Assembly: GCA_015680685.1 (NCBI GenBank)
Contig: MNCI01001288.1
Coordinates: 62,115 to 126,000 of the forward strand
Length of the DNA stretch: 63,886 bases
DNA from: Gnetum montanum
Lineage: Eukaryota > Plantae > Gnetophyta
Direction of reading: 5' to 3'
Positions 1 to 12,300 of this stretch are shown piece after piece. The notes under the pieces are model-generated. The model searched no databases and had not been told where the DNA came from. It was given only the letters and a program-made list of their open reading frames with translations. The position numbers were made by a program, and so were the translations under genes. Every line of letters starts with the position of its first letter. Position 1 is the stretch's first letter.

Positions 1-410
1 GGGGGGGCTGGGCTTGGGGGGCAGTGTGTTGGAGGTCAGGCGTATCTGGCCCTTACGGCCCATGGTGATCCATGCGCCCCCTTCGAACAGTTGTCTGGCC
101 TGGGCCCTTGGTTTTTGTGGCTACGGCCCCTGCACCCGACAAGCCGCTTCCTGATGGCCAGGGTTTCCACAGCGCACGCAACCGGTTGTGTGGTTTCCCT
201 AGGTTGTAGGACTATGTTTGGGGCCCGCCGCCGCCTCCAGGTTCTCAAACTCAACCTGGAGTTTTTCTTCCCCCTTGGGGAGTTCCAAGACAACCTCACG
301 AATAAGGTCCTTCTCCAGCAACCGATGCCAAATGCAGAAGCGGGCGAAGCCCATGTGTTCCATTGACTGTGTAACCCGGTCGAAGGCGATGAATTCGCCA
401 AAGAATCCTG
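1..410 (-). mobile_element. L1 LINE ORF1 (DUF4283-type) fragment, 5'-truncated, continues beyond window start
   Basis: GC-rich block with a sharp boundary near 410; the - frame reads GFFGEFIAFDRVTQSMEHMGFARFCIW...EVVLELPKGEEKLQVEFENL, matching the plant L1 ORF1 pattern G..I..D..T......FAR.C......V.YE.L. Confidence 0.7.
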
Positions 411-429
411 CGATAGAACTAATACACGC

Positions 430-1765
430 TTTTGGGTAGAATTGCCTTTTTGGTTTTATAAGCTCACTTTACATCGACACCTAAGCTTGCTCGTAGAACC
501 ATTCTTTTAACTTCTTTGTAGAACCATTTTTCGGTTCTACAAACCTTCTTCAATATTAGGAGCTAACGTTGTAGAACCGATTTAGAGCTAGCTTGTAGAA
601 CCAATTTTTTTGGTTCTACAAACCACACTTTAATTTTAAGCTTATGTGGCTTCCAATGATATGAACAAGCTTCTTCCTCATAGAACCTAGCTTTTCACTT
701 CTGCTAGATCATAGCTAGCTAACGTGGTAGAACCAAGAATGAGCTCATTCTACAAGTTTGAACTCTATGAACTTACGTTTCTTATAAAAATGAATTATAC
801 TTTCTCATAGAGCTAAGTTTTTGGCTCTACAAAGCTCATCTTTTTTATGGTAGATGTCTTGAGCTTTTTTAAGAATCAATTATATTCCTCCTTATAGAAC
901 CTAATCTTTGGTTCTATAAACCAAGCTTCCATTATTCAATCCGTGTGGCATATAATATGAGCTTTACTTGTAGAACGGATTTGGTGTTCCCTTATAGAAC
1001 TAAATTTTGGGTGTTCGAACCTTCATTAATAAGGCTTGCAATGACGTGGAACTGAGCTTCAAGCCTTTAGTCAATTGACATGGTAGAATTGATTTTTGGT
1101 TCGTTTGTAGAACTGATTTTTGATTCTACAAGCTTACCAATTCCATGAGCCAACGTGGTTCATAGAACCAAATTTAAAAATTTGTGATTTTTAATAGAGC
1201 CAAGTTTTGGTTCTACCAAGCTTTTCTTCTCTGAATCCAATGTGGCAAATAACATGAGCTTTCTTTGTAGAACCAATATTTGGTTCAATAAGCCTTTTTA
1301 GATATAGCTCATGATGGCGTGGATCAATGCTTTTTCACTTAAACTTTGTAGAATAGAAATTTAAGCCTTTCGTACTTAAGCACCCATGTAAATATTGACA
1401 CATCACTAGCTAACATAGTAGAACTGAATTTAGGTTTGTTCGTAGAACCGATTTTTGGTTCTATGAACCTTTCATTAAAGGAGATTCTTCCTTCAAGCTA
1501 TACTGGGCTTCTGATCTCATAAACTTTCTTACTGCATAAGCCAACTTCTGTTATCCGATATGGCAATTCGTCCTTAAAATCAAATTATAAGTCTGCAAGA
1601 TCTTTATTTTAACAAATGCTCATCAGATTTTTTAAAAAAAAACTGATTAAGGTGCAATCTTTTCTATTTTCAGCCTAAACATATTATCTTAAATCCGACA
1701 TGGAAAAAGGCAGAACCAAAGGAGCTTGAACCGAAATCTGGTTCTAAGCTTAAACAAATGGGCCC
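430..1765. repeat. Degenerate array of GTAGAACC-N7-9-GGTTCTAC palindromes; probable non-autonomous DNA transposon (Tourist/PIF-like end)
   Basis: Palindromic units near 516, 593, 895, 1108, 1267 and 1442 plus many half sites; right end AAACAAATGGGCCC resembles a Tourist TIR; left TIR not clear. Confidence 0.5.
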
Positions 1766-3225
1766 ATCAGAAAATAAATATACTTAACTGAACAATAATT
1801 TTTGGGATCCACTAAATTAGATAATACCCATAGCTGCAAATTGATCCCAGGACCTTAGCTTGATTAAACAGTCTCTTTGTACTAATTCTTAGGCATTTTC
1901 CTGAACAATTTCCACTACAAGCTTTATTCCTCTTCTAGGGCTCCCCATGTCATGCATTTGTGTGTCCGTAGAACAAATTTATGAGCTACAATTCAACGTG
2001 AATCTTTTCACTTTTCCTTAACAATCTCCTTCAGAAGATTATTCTGTTTGCTTGGTGAGCAAGATTCATCAATTTCCATTATAATTGTTTTTATTACTTA
2101 GGGAATAGCCTATTCGCAAGGGAAATTTTCTGAACATTTTTACTGAATGGGCTTAGCAACTTCAACTTGTTGTTCCATATAATGGTAAAATTAGGACAAC
2201 ATACTGTTATGCTTTATTTGAATTGATAGTTGTCGATGTTGGTCTATATGCAAGTTGAATTTTTGATAATTGATGAACTGTTTGAAAAAAAAAAAAAAAA
2301 AAGTTCACCCTTGCATTTTCAGCCAGCTTGGTGGGGGCTTTGGGTGTTAACTCTTGCTCCCTACAGAAGGGTGTATACATTCCCACAAGAATAACTTTGC
2401 AAATTACAACTTAAAATGATTTTTCTTGGGTAATTTAATCCACAAGAAAACAAAGGACCATGTGATTTTCCAACTAGAAAAGGAAAGTTGTCTTTTTTTA
2501 TGAAGAGCTGCAATTACAAATTTGTAGTTATTGACTTATTGTGAAATAACACTGATTAACCTTCTTAAATAGTCATTGCAAATTTTCTACGGAGAAAATG
2601 GCGATGCAGAGATACACATCATAGCAATGATAAGAAAATTTCAATGTGATTCCAACTTTGCCTAATCCTAGCACGAGAAAGGTGGAATTATATCACAAAC
2701 CATAAAACCTAATGTGGGATTGCCCTTATCTTTTATTCTTGATTGTTGATATAAAAATTTATGTTTAGATCATTATACTAAATGGCATGTAAAACCTCCC
2801 ATTCTATTCATTGACTCAAATTCTCTTCTGCTGGGGAAAGCCAGTAAACCCTCGTTCTCTGGTGTTATCTAGAACTTTTATGTTTCTAAGCCTGTTTATT
2901 AGATCTCTTCTGAGGATTCTTTTTTTCATCAATATGTAACATCTTCAACCATAATGATAGTGTTCCAAATTTATAGCAGATTTTTGGTCTGAACAATTCC
3001 ATGTAGAGAAGTCAATTTGTTATCAAATGACACTAACGTAAAACCCTTTTATAGCATTGACAGTTGCTGAGAATATCAAAATTGTAAAAGATAATAAAAC
3101 TTCTCTAAACTGAGCCTTTAAGAATATACAAATGAAAGAGTTCCAAGCATAATAGCATTATGTCTCAACAATCAAGATGATGCTTTAAATTCAGAAAATG
3201 AAAAATCAAGATTGAATTTTCGAAC

Positions 3226-3378
3226 CTCAACTTGAGAGCCTTTGACCCTTTTGCAAAGTGCCATTAATGCAGTTTTTGCCTTCTCACCAAATGCATTAAT
3301 ACGAGCAATAATATTTTCGCCTGAATGTGCGAGGATATCAGGTTCAGCTTTTTGAAAGTCTTGCAAGCTCACAACTGA
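3226..3378 (-). CDS. Host gene exon 9 (SVVSLQDFQKAEPD...GSQVE)
   Basis: TGCAG|TCA acceptor, GAG|GTTCGA donor, 51 codons, family motif. Confidence 0.92.
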
Positions 3379-6300
3379 CTGCATATGCAAGATGGAGTAA
3401 ATATAAATTCAATGGAGCTACAGATGATATTAACAAACTAATACTCTATAATCCGTATTCCAGTTAAAATTAGTTACCATACTACTTTCCACATGTAGCC
3501 TAACAAAAAAGACCACTATATGATGAATTGAAGATATTTCAAAAGAAACATGTCAAAGAAAGTGATTTTGAGAGAATGTTCAGGATTATATTACTGGAAA
3601 TTAAAATACAAGAGATAGAACAAAATTTGGGTCACCAGCGGTGGCCCACATGGGAGCCCTTGAGCCTCAACAAATGCGAAAACCGAAAAGAGAAGAGGGA
3701 GGTAGGGGGGGTGGGTGAAGATGTCGCATGCCCAAACCACACAAAACATACAGTCAAAAATGACATCGTCTAACACCACGGTACAAGGGCCAAAGTTGTT
3801 AGCGGAGGTAGCAACCACGCTATGGGCATGTCGACAATCTATGACAAGCGCAGTGTGGATGCTCGATGGCATGGAGGATATCCAACATGTTACGATGTAG
3901 CTTGGAATCCACAAAATTGGCGGCCTGTTGAATAGCTTGCATGGTCGACCCTTGCCGATTTTGTTCCTCGACTAATGTCCCCCTGTTCGGGTGGAAGTGC
4001 ACAGATGTTCGGTGGATGTGTCATCGGAGCTTCCCCCACAAGCAATTGTAGCTGATTCCCAAGACAATGTACAAACACCATCCATCCCGAAGCCATTGGC
4101 ATGCACTTTGCTCGTGTGCCCGATCCAATTGCCTCTATCTTTGCCTTTCCTCGTCTTGTTCCCGCTCTTGTTGTGCCCGCTCAGCCTCCTCATGTTCTTT
4201 GCGAGTGGCTTCCTCCTGAAGCAGCTCCTCCCGGACTTGAGCTCAGATCTCATCCACCAATTGGGCTTGGGCAGCCTCCGCCAGCAAGGCTTGATACCAA
4301 ATTAGCTCCTATTCCTGCTCTCAGAAATAGGTCTCCAACTCAGTCTGCGCAAGAGCGAGGGCTTCATCCCATTTGGCCTTCCACTTACAACGCTCTTCAA
4401 CACGTGCAATGACTGCAGCCTCCACTGTCGCACAATGCAATTCCTTATCTCGAATCACCTTGTGATCCAACGCCCCACGTGGGGAAACAGCTGGCACCGT
4501 CATGGGGTTGGAGGCCCTCAACCCCCGATGATCACTCCTCCTTCAGGAGTGAGTCACCGTAGGTCCAACCCCCAACACCCTAGGAAGGACTGAAAGGGAG
4601 GGTCCATGCAAAAGTGGGTCCCCTTGCCGCAACCCCCTACTTGGTGATGAGAGTCTCCCCCCCACCCCCCACATTGAAAGAGAAGCTTGCTGAGGATTGC
4701 AAGGTGAATGCAGAGTTGAATAAAACCTGGGTCAAAGCCTTTTTTCCACATAATGACGGCCAAGGCCTCCCAACTGAGTGTATCATAGGCCTTAGTGATG
4801 TCTAATTTTAGACACAACCCAGGGAACTTCGAACAACGAAGAGAGTGGAAAATCTCTTGCATTAGGAGAACTTGGTCCTGTAAAGTCTGGCCTTGCACAA
4901 ACCCTGTCTGATTGACCCCCACTAGTTTGGGCATTAGAGGAGCAAGTCTACGCATAATCATCTTAGAGAAAATCCGGATCAGGATGTTGCAAACCCCAAT
5001 GGGTCGAAAACGTTCCGAGAGAGATGCATCCGCATGTTTGGGAATGCACACAATTCAGGAGCAATTAAGCTCCCAACGAACCTACTTCTTGGCCAACATT
5101 AGATTGAAGGTATGAAGAATGTTCGGCCCCACAATATCCAAGAAGGTCTTGAAGAATTCAAGACTCCAACCATCCGGCCCCAATGCCTTCCCCCCAGGCA
5201 TGTCCACAATCGTTGTTGTTAGTTCTTGCCAAAAAAAAAAAAAAAAACAGGGCCAGCAATCTAACATTATCCTCTTCATTCAACACCCACGGAACTTGAA
5301 TCAAAATGGGTGTTGTGGGTTGCTTTGCACAAATCATCTTCCAATAGTGTGCAACCTCTCTAGCCATGCCATGCGGATCATCGACTATCTCTCCCCTGGT
5401 AGTCACCAACCTGTGACATTGGCTCCACCCACGTGTCTTGGCTGCAAGAAAAAAGAATTCCGTCTCCCTATCCCCCTCCCGAAGCCATCTGATCTATGAT
5501 TGTTGTTTCCAATATGTCTCCTCTTCCATGTCTAGTGCCTGCAGTTGCATCAGAATATTCTACTCCTCTTCATGCAAGTCCTCCCCAGCTTCTTGTCAGG
5601 ACTACACCTAGGTCAACTTGTTCCGGAGTGTCATACGACCTGTCTGGCACAAGAATTTGTCCTCCACAGGTAAAGATTGGATAGCCCACTTCAAACGAAG
5701 AAGCCCCTCCCTGAGAAAATTCCTGATTGGATATGAATGTACAACACCATGAAATAATTCATTGGTCATAATATTTATTGCGCTGAAACACAGGCTAAAA
5801 AATAAACAAGTACATTGAATTGCTGTATATGCATCTTTTTTATAATTCTATACTTCTTTATATGCACAACTTCTGGTTGAACTCATTGTTGGTTTGATTC
5901 ATGTTATCGATACCTCGTATAGCTAAATTCTCATGTTTGCTATCATCCATAGAAGTGTCACAACCTTTAACTTTGACTTGTCGTTTCATAACTAGCCATA
6001 ACAAGTCATTTGTTATGTTCGCCGTGGATAACTAAATACATCGTCACATGACAGTGATTTCCAGATAACTTCTATTTTTAAGAATGTTACGTTTGCTACA
6101 AATGTGTCAAACCTTAACATAGATAACATATATGTAACTAGAGTTGTAATGTGAAGGAACAGTTGCAAGAAAACAACTGCAAGCAGGTTCAATTAATGAA
6201 AACAATAATTTTTGAATTTAGATTAGATGTTTCCTTTGAATCTACAAGCATATTAACACAGACCAAACATTAATGGTGCACCTTTCCAATCTATCCTAAT

Positions 6301-9300
6301 AAGCGTAAGAAGTTTCCAAATGATGTTCCATTTTGATTTTCATAAACGCTGGATAAACCCATATGATTTTAGCACTGCAGAATTTGAAGACACTGAAAAA
6401 TGTAATAATTCTGGATTTACTACTGTACCTCAAGCCTGTCCACTAGGATTTTGCTGATGTTAGCATTGATTCTGATTTTAATTATTGTAGTTGAACCTTG
6501 TGTCCATCCAGATTTCATGTCTAATGAGGGTTCCTCCATGTGGCTCTATGTGATAGCAACTTTTCTCCTCTTCTGAAGTTCTACCTTTGAAATGTCATTC
6601 TGCCTACTCTTTTGAAATATCATTCTACCTACTCTTTCTTGTTTGCTCTGAGTATTCTTTGATGCCCCACTTCCTATTTTCTTTTGTAAACTTCGTCTCC
6701 TTGCTATTAATCCTCAATTTGGTTATGGACCATTTCATAAACTTCCAAATAGAAGTGGTTTGCAACATAAAGACACGATGCTTTGGATTCCGGTGTGGTA
6801 GTTCTTACAATCTCATCAGATCTTCTAGCTCCGATACCATGTTGATTTTTTGTTTACAGTCTAATCCAAGTTGTTTAAAACAATTTTTACTTCGTCAGCC
6901 TTTGCATGGATGAGATTTCAGTTAAGAACTTGATAGTGAAAATTCATAATAAAGGTTATCCGTTAAAGAGAATCAATTATTTAAATTATTTAACTAATTT
7001 TGTAGAACGTTTATGATATGAATTGTTAATGACACTAAGGTGCATTTGAAGAACTGGCTAAGGACTTCTTAGCCTAACTGTTTAGTAATGCAATGAATAG
7101 TTTCTGCTATACAGCTAGTAAGTACCACATCGTACTTGGACTCCTAGACTCTCAATTAACTCGGTAGCAAGCATGGGCTAAAGGCCAACTTCATAGTCTA
7201 GTACTTCACTACAAATACATCACCCCAAGTGCTGTTCTATTTGAGTTGAACTACTGTTCCATAGCTATAGTTGTGTGGGGCTATTATTGCACAGCTGCAA
7301 CTCACTACACTACTTTACACGATGCATGTTCACCTTAATGAGTGAACTATCTACGATGAACTGCATATCCATAATTTACTCCTTTTCTTCCTTACACATT
7401 TAGGCATCTTCATTGGCAATCGTCTTCCCAGCTGTTGCTTCCATGAAGGTTGTCTTTTCTTTACCTACAGTTGTCTTCTATTAACTTGTTTGTGTGTACT
7501 CACCCCCAAAGTACTCTGGATGAGGTTTTAACTTAGTTGTGAAGCCATCTTCATTGGCAATCGTCTTCCCAGCTGTTGCTTCCATGAAGGTTGTCTTTTC
7601 TTTACCTTCAGTTGTCTTCTATTAACTTGTTTGTGTGTACTCACACCCGAAGTACTCTGGATGAGGTTTTAACTTAGTTGTAAATTATATGTTATCTGGT
7701 TTCAACCACATCCATTTATTTAAAAATAACAAATGTGTTCAAATTGATTGTTCTCCATAGTTACGAAATTGGTTTTAAGATTGCAACTTTAACACTATAT
7801 AAACTATTACGATTGAACCTGTTATTTAAAGATGCAAGTTACAAGCCTTAACTAACAAGCTTTATCCATAAGATTTATCAAAAGAGGATCCTAATGGTTG
7901 CACTCCCCAAACTTCTATCTGAAAGGAGTCCCTTTCAGGTGCAGCATTTTGAACAATTACTATATGCTGTATTAGCAAAATATTGGCATTTACTATGATA
8001 ACTCATTTTGTACTGGGTCACAATATTTAGAAAGCACATTTAAAATGACAGTTTATCAACGCAAAATGAAGCCCTACTTCCAAAACAACCAGAAATTCTG
8101 AATGTTTTCCTGAAGATGTTTTTTTGGTTATTCTGAGAAAATATGAGTCTATGCTACCAAACAGTATTTGCAACTTAAAGCAGCTGGTGTACTTACTTGG
8201 TTTCCATCAAATGAAGCAAGGTAAATCTTCAGGATTTCCAGCTTGTACAGTGAAGTTCCCAGCTCCATTTCTTCTTCAGTTTCTGATTCATATACCCATC
8301 CTGTTACATCAGAAAATGGTATATGCATTTCTGAATCAGATTCAGACTCAATTTCAACTTCGCTATATTCAAGCTCATCATCCTGAGTCTGGCTACAGTC
8401 TAATGTCTCTTTGTCTGAAAATTTATCCATATATGGTGATTTATCTACATAATTCTGCTCTGACAATACAGGTCTTATAAACCCAACAAAAAATAGGCCT
8501 TTTGAAGGTTTGTCCATCACCTTAGAATAATCAGTAGATGCAACCTACATGGTTCACATCTTATAATTAGAAAGCCATCAGTTGTATCATGTAGTCTGAA
8601 AACATCTCTTAAATAAAAACCATTCGAAAGTTTTGCCTCATAAAAAAAACCTCCAATATGCAAATGAAGAAGTAATTTTGCTATGACTTGATAGGATCAT
8701 GTTAAAATGATATTGAGAAATCAAAAAGAATAAACTTCAGATAAAGAAATTGAGCAAACACTAATATATGGATATCATATGTACATTCTGAATGTTCAAT
8801 ATCTTTGATAACCAATCTATCTACTGAAAGCAACAGTTTGAAGTCACTTTATGTTTGTTTGATCTTCACACAATCATATATATGCTTCTAACCTTTTGTA
8901 TAAACTATCTCTAGCCTTGACCCTTTTAATGCTCCTCAATGGCCGTCTATTGTCCAGAATAACAATACTTTAACATGCCGGCAAATAGGTCATGTTCGTA
9001 AAACAAGTGAATCAAAAAAAAAAAAAGCTGATGGAGTTAAGCCAGTCGATTAAAAAAACTGGGTCAAAAACTTCTGCAGGTCAAAAACCCACCAAAACAC
9101 ATCAAATTTCAAAAGTTCATAAAATATAGATGTACTTAAACTATATGTATGTATGTAGTATAAAAGTAACATCAGAACTCCATTTTTATATTATAAGAAC
9201 ATAAAACATGGAAAGTGTACATGAGCAATTATTAGAAGAAATTTCTTTACTACAGTTGAGGAAAACAAGAGGTAGACCAAAACATACTTGGTTTGGAAGT

Positions 9301-12300
9301 ATAAAAATATATCCAAAATTTTAGTTTTAATGCTAATTTGACTCTTAATCCTAGTAAATGGCAGAAAATATTTCATATAACCAATTCAATGTAATTGGGA
9401 TAAGGCTAAGATGATAATGATGAATAGAACATAAATGCTTGTAAACAAATGGGCTCAGTATATTGAGACAAAAATGAATAAATAATAAAATTCTTTCATA
9501 GAAAAAATATAAAAAAAAGCAAAACAAATAATGCATATATCTAGTACTAAAAGGATTTATTTGAAAGAAATTGTCAAATATTCCATAATGCAATTATCAA
9601 AAAATTTTACAATATGCAACAGCTCACTCTACATTCCAAACAATTTTTGATCATCATTAAAGGAAACATGACCAATTGAGAGAAGTCCTGACCATTTGCT
9701 AAATTACATATCATAATATTCAATCAAAGATGTAATTCATTTAAGAGAGAGACAAGGATCATTGTTGGTGATTTAAACCAAGTTGGGGTTTGTCCGTGAA
9801 AAAGTATTATAACTGGTGTGGACACCACCCTCATACCCAAGTTAATGTTGAGTATCTATGAGGTCAAATACTTTGACAATGGTTGTTGAGATGTGTTGAT
9901 TTTGTCCTAAGTTTCCAACTGACTATTTTTGTATGGAGTGTAAGTTAGAAAGCAGGTTGGGGCTAGGTTGAGGCTAGGTGATGACACTTTCAATGGCATT
10001 TTGTAACCTGTTGTAAGCCCTGGATGATAATAACTTGTGTCAGGGACCACTTGGTATTTGTGGTTGGAGGATTTGAAGCATGAGTTCCTTGATGCGGGCC
10101 CTTTTTAACTATGTGAGACAAAGATTTTCCTTTCCTAATCATTTTCCAGATGGCTTTAGCAAGGTTTCAGGGCTCCAAGTGCATTAACAAATCTTCATTG
10201 ATGCACATCAGTTAAGGAACATTACCCAACAAAGTTCAGATGATGTTTGAAAAGTGGGGAAACTGGGGAAGGATGCATTAACATAGATGCATTAATGCAT
10301 CTTAGTTAACGAACCTTCATTAACATAGGTATGTCAATGGATCCCCTACTACCTAGAATAAGCCAGATAGCCAGAAAAGCTTAGAAAGGTGGTCAGAATC
10401 AACACCTAGGCATCAACAAGCCTATGTCAGTGAGCCTTTGTTAACACACATCTCTGTTTTGAATCTGAAACTATAAATGTCCAAAGATAAAGGGAAACAT
10501 ATCTTCATTTTTGGTTTTCTAGTTTGATCAGTGCCCTCCATTTCTTGGTAAGTGTTCTCTTCTCTTGTCCCTTGTGTGTTTTGAGCCATCATTCACACTA
10601 ATGCAACAAGACTTTGTTAGAGTGTTGTGCCATTGATCTCTGATGTTAGGGCCCGTCAATCATAACAGATCCTGCGATTAGAAACAAAATATCAAAGTAA
10701 TGGATTAGCACAAAGGAAACAAAATCAACCACATACCTGAAGCCATAATTAAAGGCCATAAACTAAAAGTAAGTCCCAAGCCTGTACCAAACTAGGACAA
10801 ATGCTCAGGCAAGCAATCCCGTTATCCTTCATCTCAATTTATGTATGTGGCTCCTTTCAAACTAACCCAAGGTTTACTGAATCTAAAACTATTCTTCAAT
10901 TGCCTAGAAACTTCTAGAAAAGTCTAGTGGCCAATAATGTTAGTATTGCTATCTATTCCATCAATCACCCCTTCGATGTCAACTTAAGGAACAAACTTGG
11001 AAATACACTCCCTTAACAGAATCTTTCAAGCACATTTTTAGTTCTCAGATTCTTTTTCTTATTCTTTATTTTAAATGGCTTTAGGGAAGATTGAATCTGA
11101 GACTTGATTTTGGATCTTCTTTGTAGAAAAAAACATAATTGCCATGAAAAGTTGATTACATTAAAGAAACCAAAACTGAAACCTAAATGAATAATGATGG
11201 GTAGGCATAAGAAACAAGGGTAGAGAGAAAGCAAAGTAAAAGAAACGGAGAAAGGAGGATTGCAACTACTACTACTACTCAGCAACTATGATAATAGTGG
11301 ACACATCTTCAACAGTACACAAGTAAACAAATTAATAATAATAGCAACAACAGAGAATGAAAAAGATTGCCAAGGTACAACAATGGAAAACAAGAAATAA
11401 CACTTGATGGTTGGGAAAAAGGGGTCATTCAAGGAGATTTTCAGATTAAACAAGGTGGATGCATAGTTCCTTCCTTGTTTCATCTAAGGTTGAAATATGT
11501 TTACCATCCTGAATGCTTCCTTAATCTAATTTTTTAAAAAAAAAAACTGAGATCTTGGATTATTGAATCCTAAATTTTGTGAAATCTGTGTCCATCCTTG
11601 CACTTTCAAGCCTAAATAACTTGGCTGACAGTTGTTTCTAGATGGACTTGGGAACACCCATAAAGATTAACGGTAATTTGGCATAACGATTTGCGAATAG
11701 GGGCCAAGGACATCTGATATGATGATTGGTACCATTGGCAAAAATAGAGAGCATCCTGGGCCCATCTTGGTTTTGGAAATCTTGAAATAAATTCCTAGGT
11801 ATTGACATTATAGTGATTCCTCACGTTTGGCCTTGATTTTCTTTTTATAGATCCAATCTTGGACATCTTTTTATGAATCACCAACTTGTGGAATTCTTAA
11901 CTCTATATTAAGACCTTCTGTGTTCTAATTTAGTTATCTTTGTACAACTTACTGAGCAGAGAGGCTAATTAAAAAAATCTAACTTAAAATGTTTTCTTCT
12001 AACTATAAATTTGCTGAATTATTGGTTGTGGATTCTTGAAAATCTAGATGAATATAATTGGAGTAAATTTTCCTTTATCTTTTCTCCTAAGATGGGTTGG
12101 CTACTATGCTGTATAAATAGCTTGATAAGAATAGTTTCCTCTTTCCTAGTTGAATTTTACTTTATCGTTATAGGTATAACAAATTATTATATCAGTAATG
12201 ATTAAAGCTTTGTTTAGCTTGGTCTAGTAGCAAATGAATTTTGTATGTTTTCCTTATAGATTGAAGCTAAAGCTGGAAGTGTGGTCTTTCTGGATAGTTT

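Noticed and set aside
430-1765. CRISPR-like array of palindromic repeats
   Set aside because: Repeats are degenerate, spacing is irregular, spacers resemble each other, no cas genes, eukaryotic intron context
1-3225. Final exons of the host gene
   Set aside because: No GVDSLG or LLFPR-like coding segment found by eye; probably beyond the window
3980-4075. Polyomavirus T-antigen origin of the J-domain (LG...WG...FHP.RG)
   Set aside because: Spacing fits cellular DnaJ (20 residues) rather than T antigen, and there is no other viral sequence
7039-7335. Tourist MITE
   Set aside because: Only a partial terminal inverted match (GGTG...CACC); not enough support
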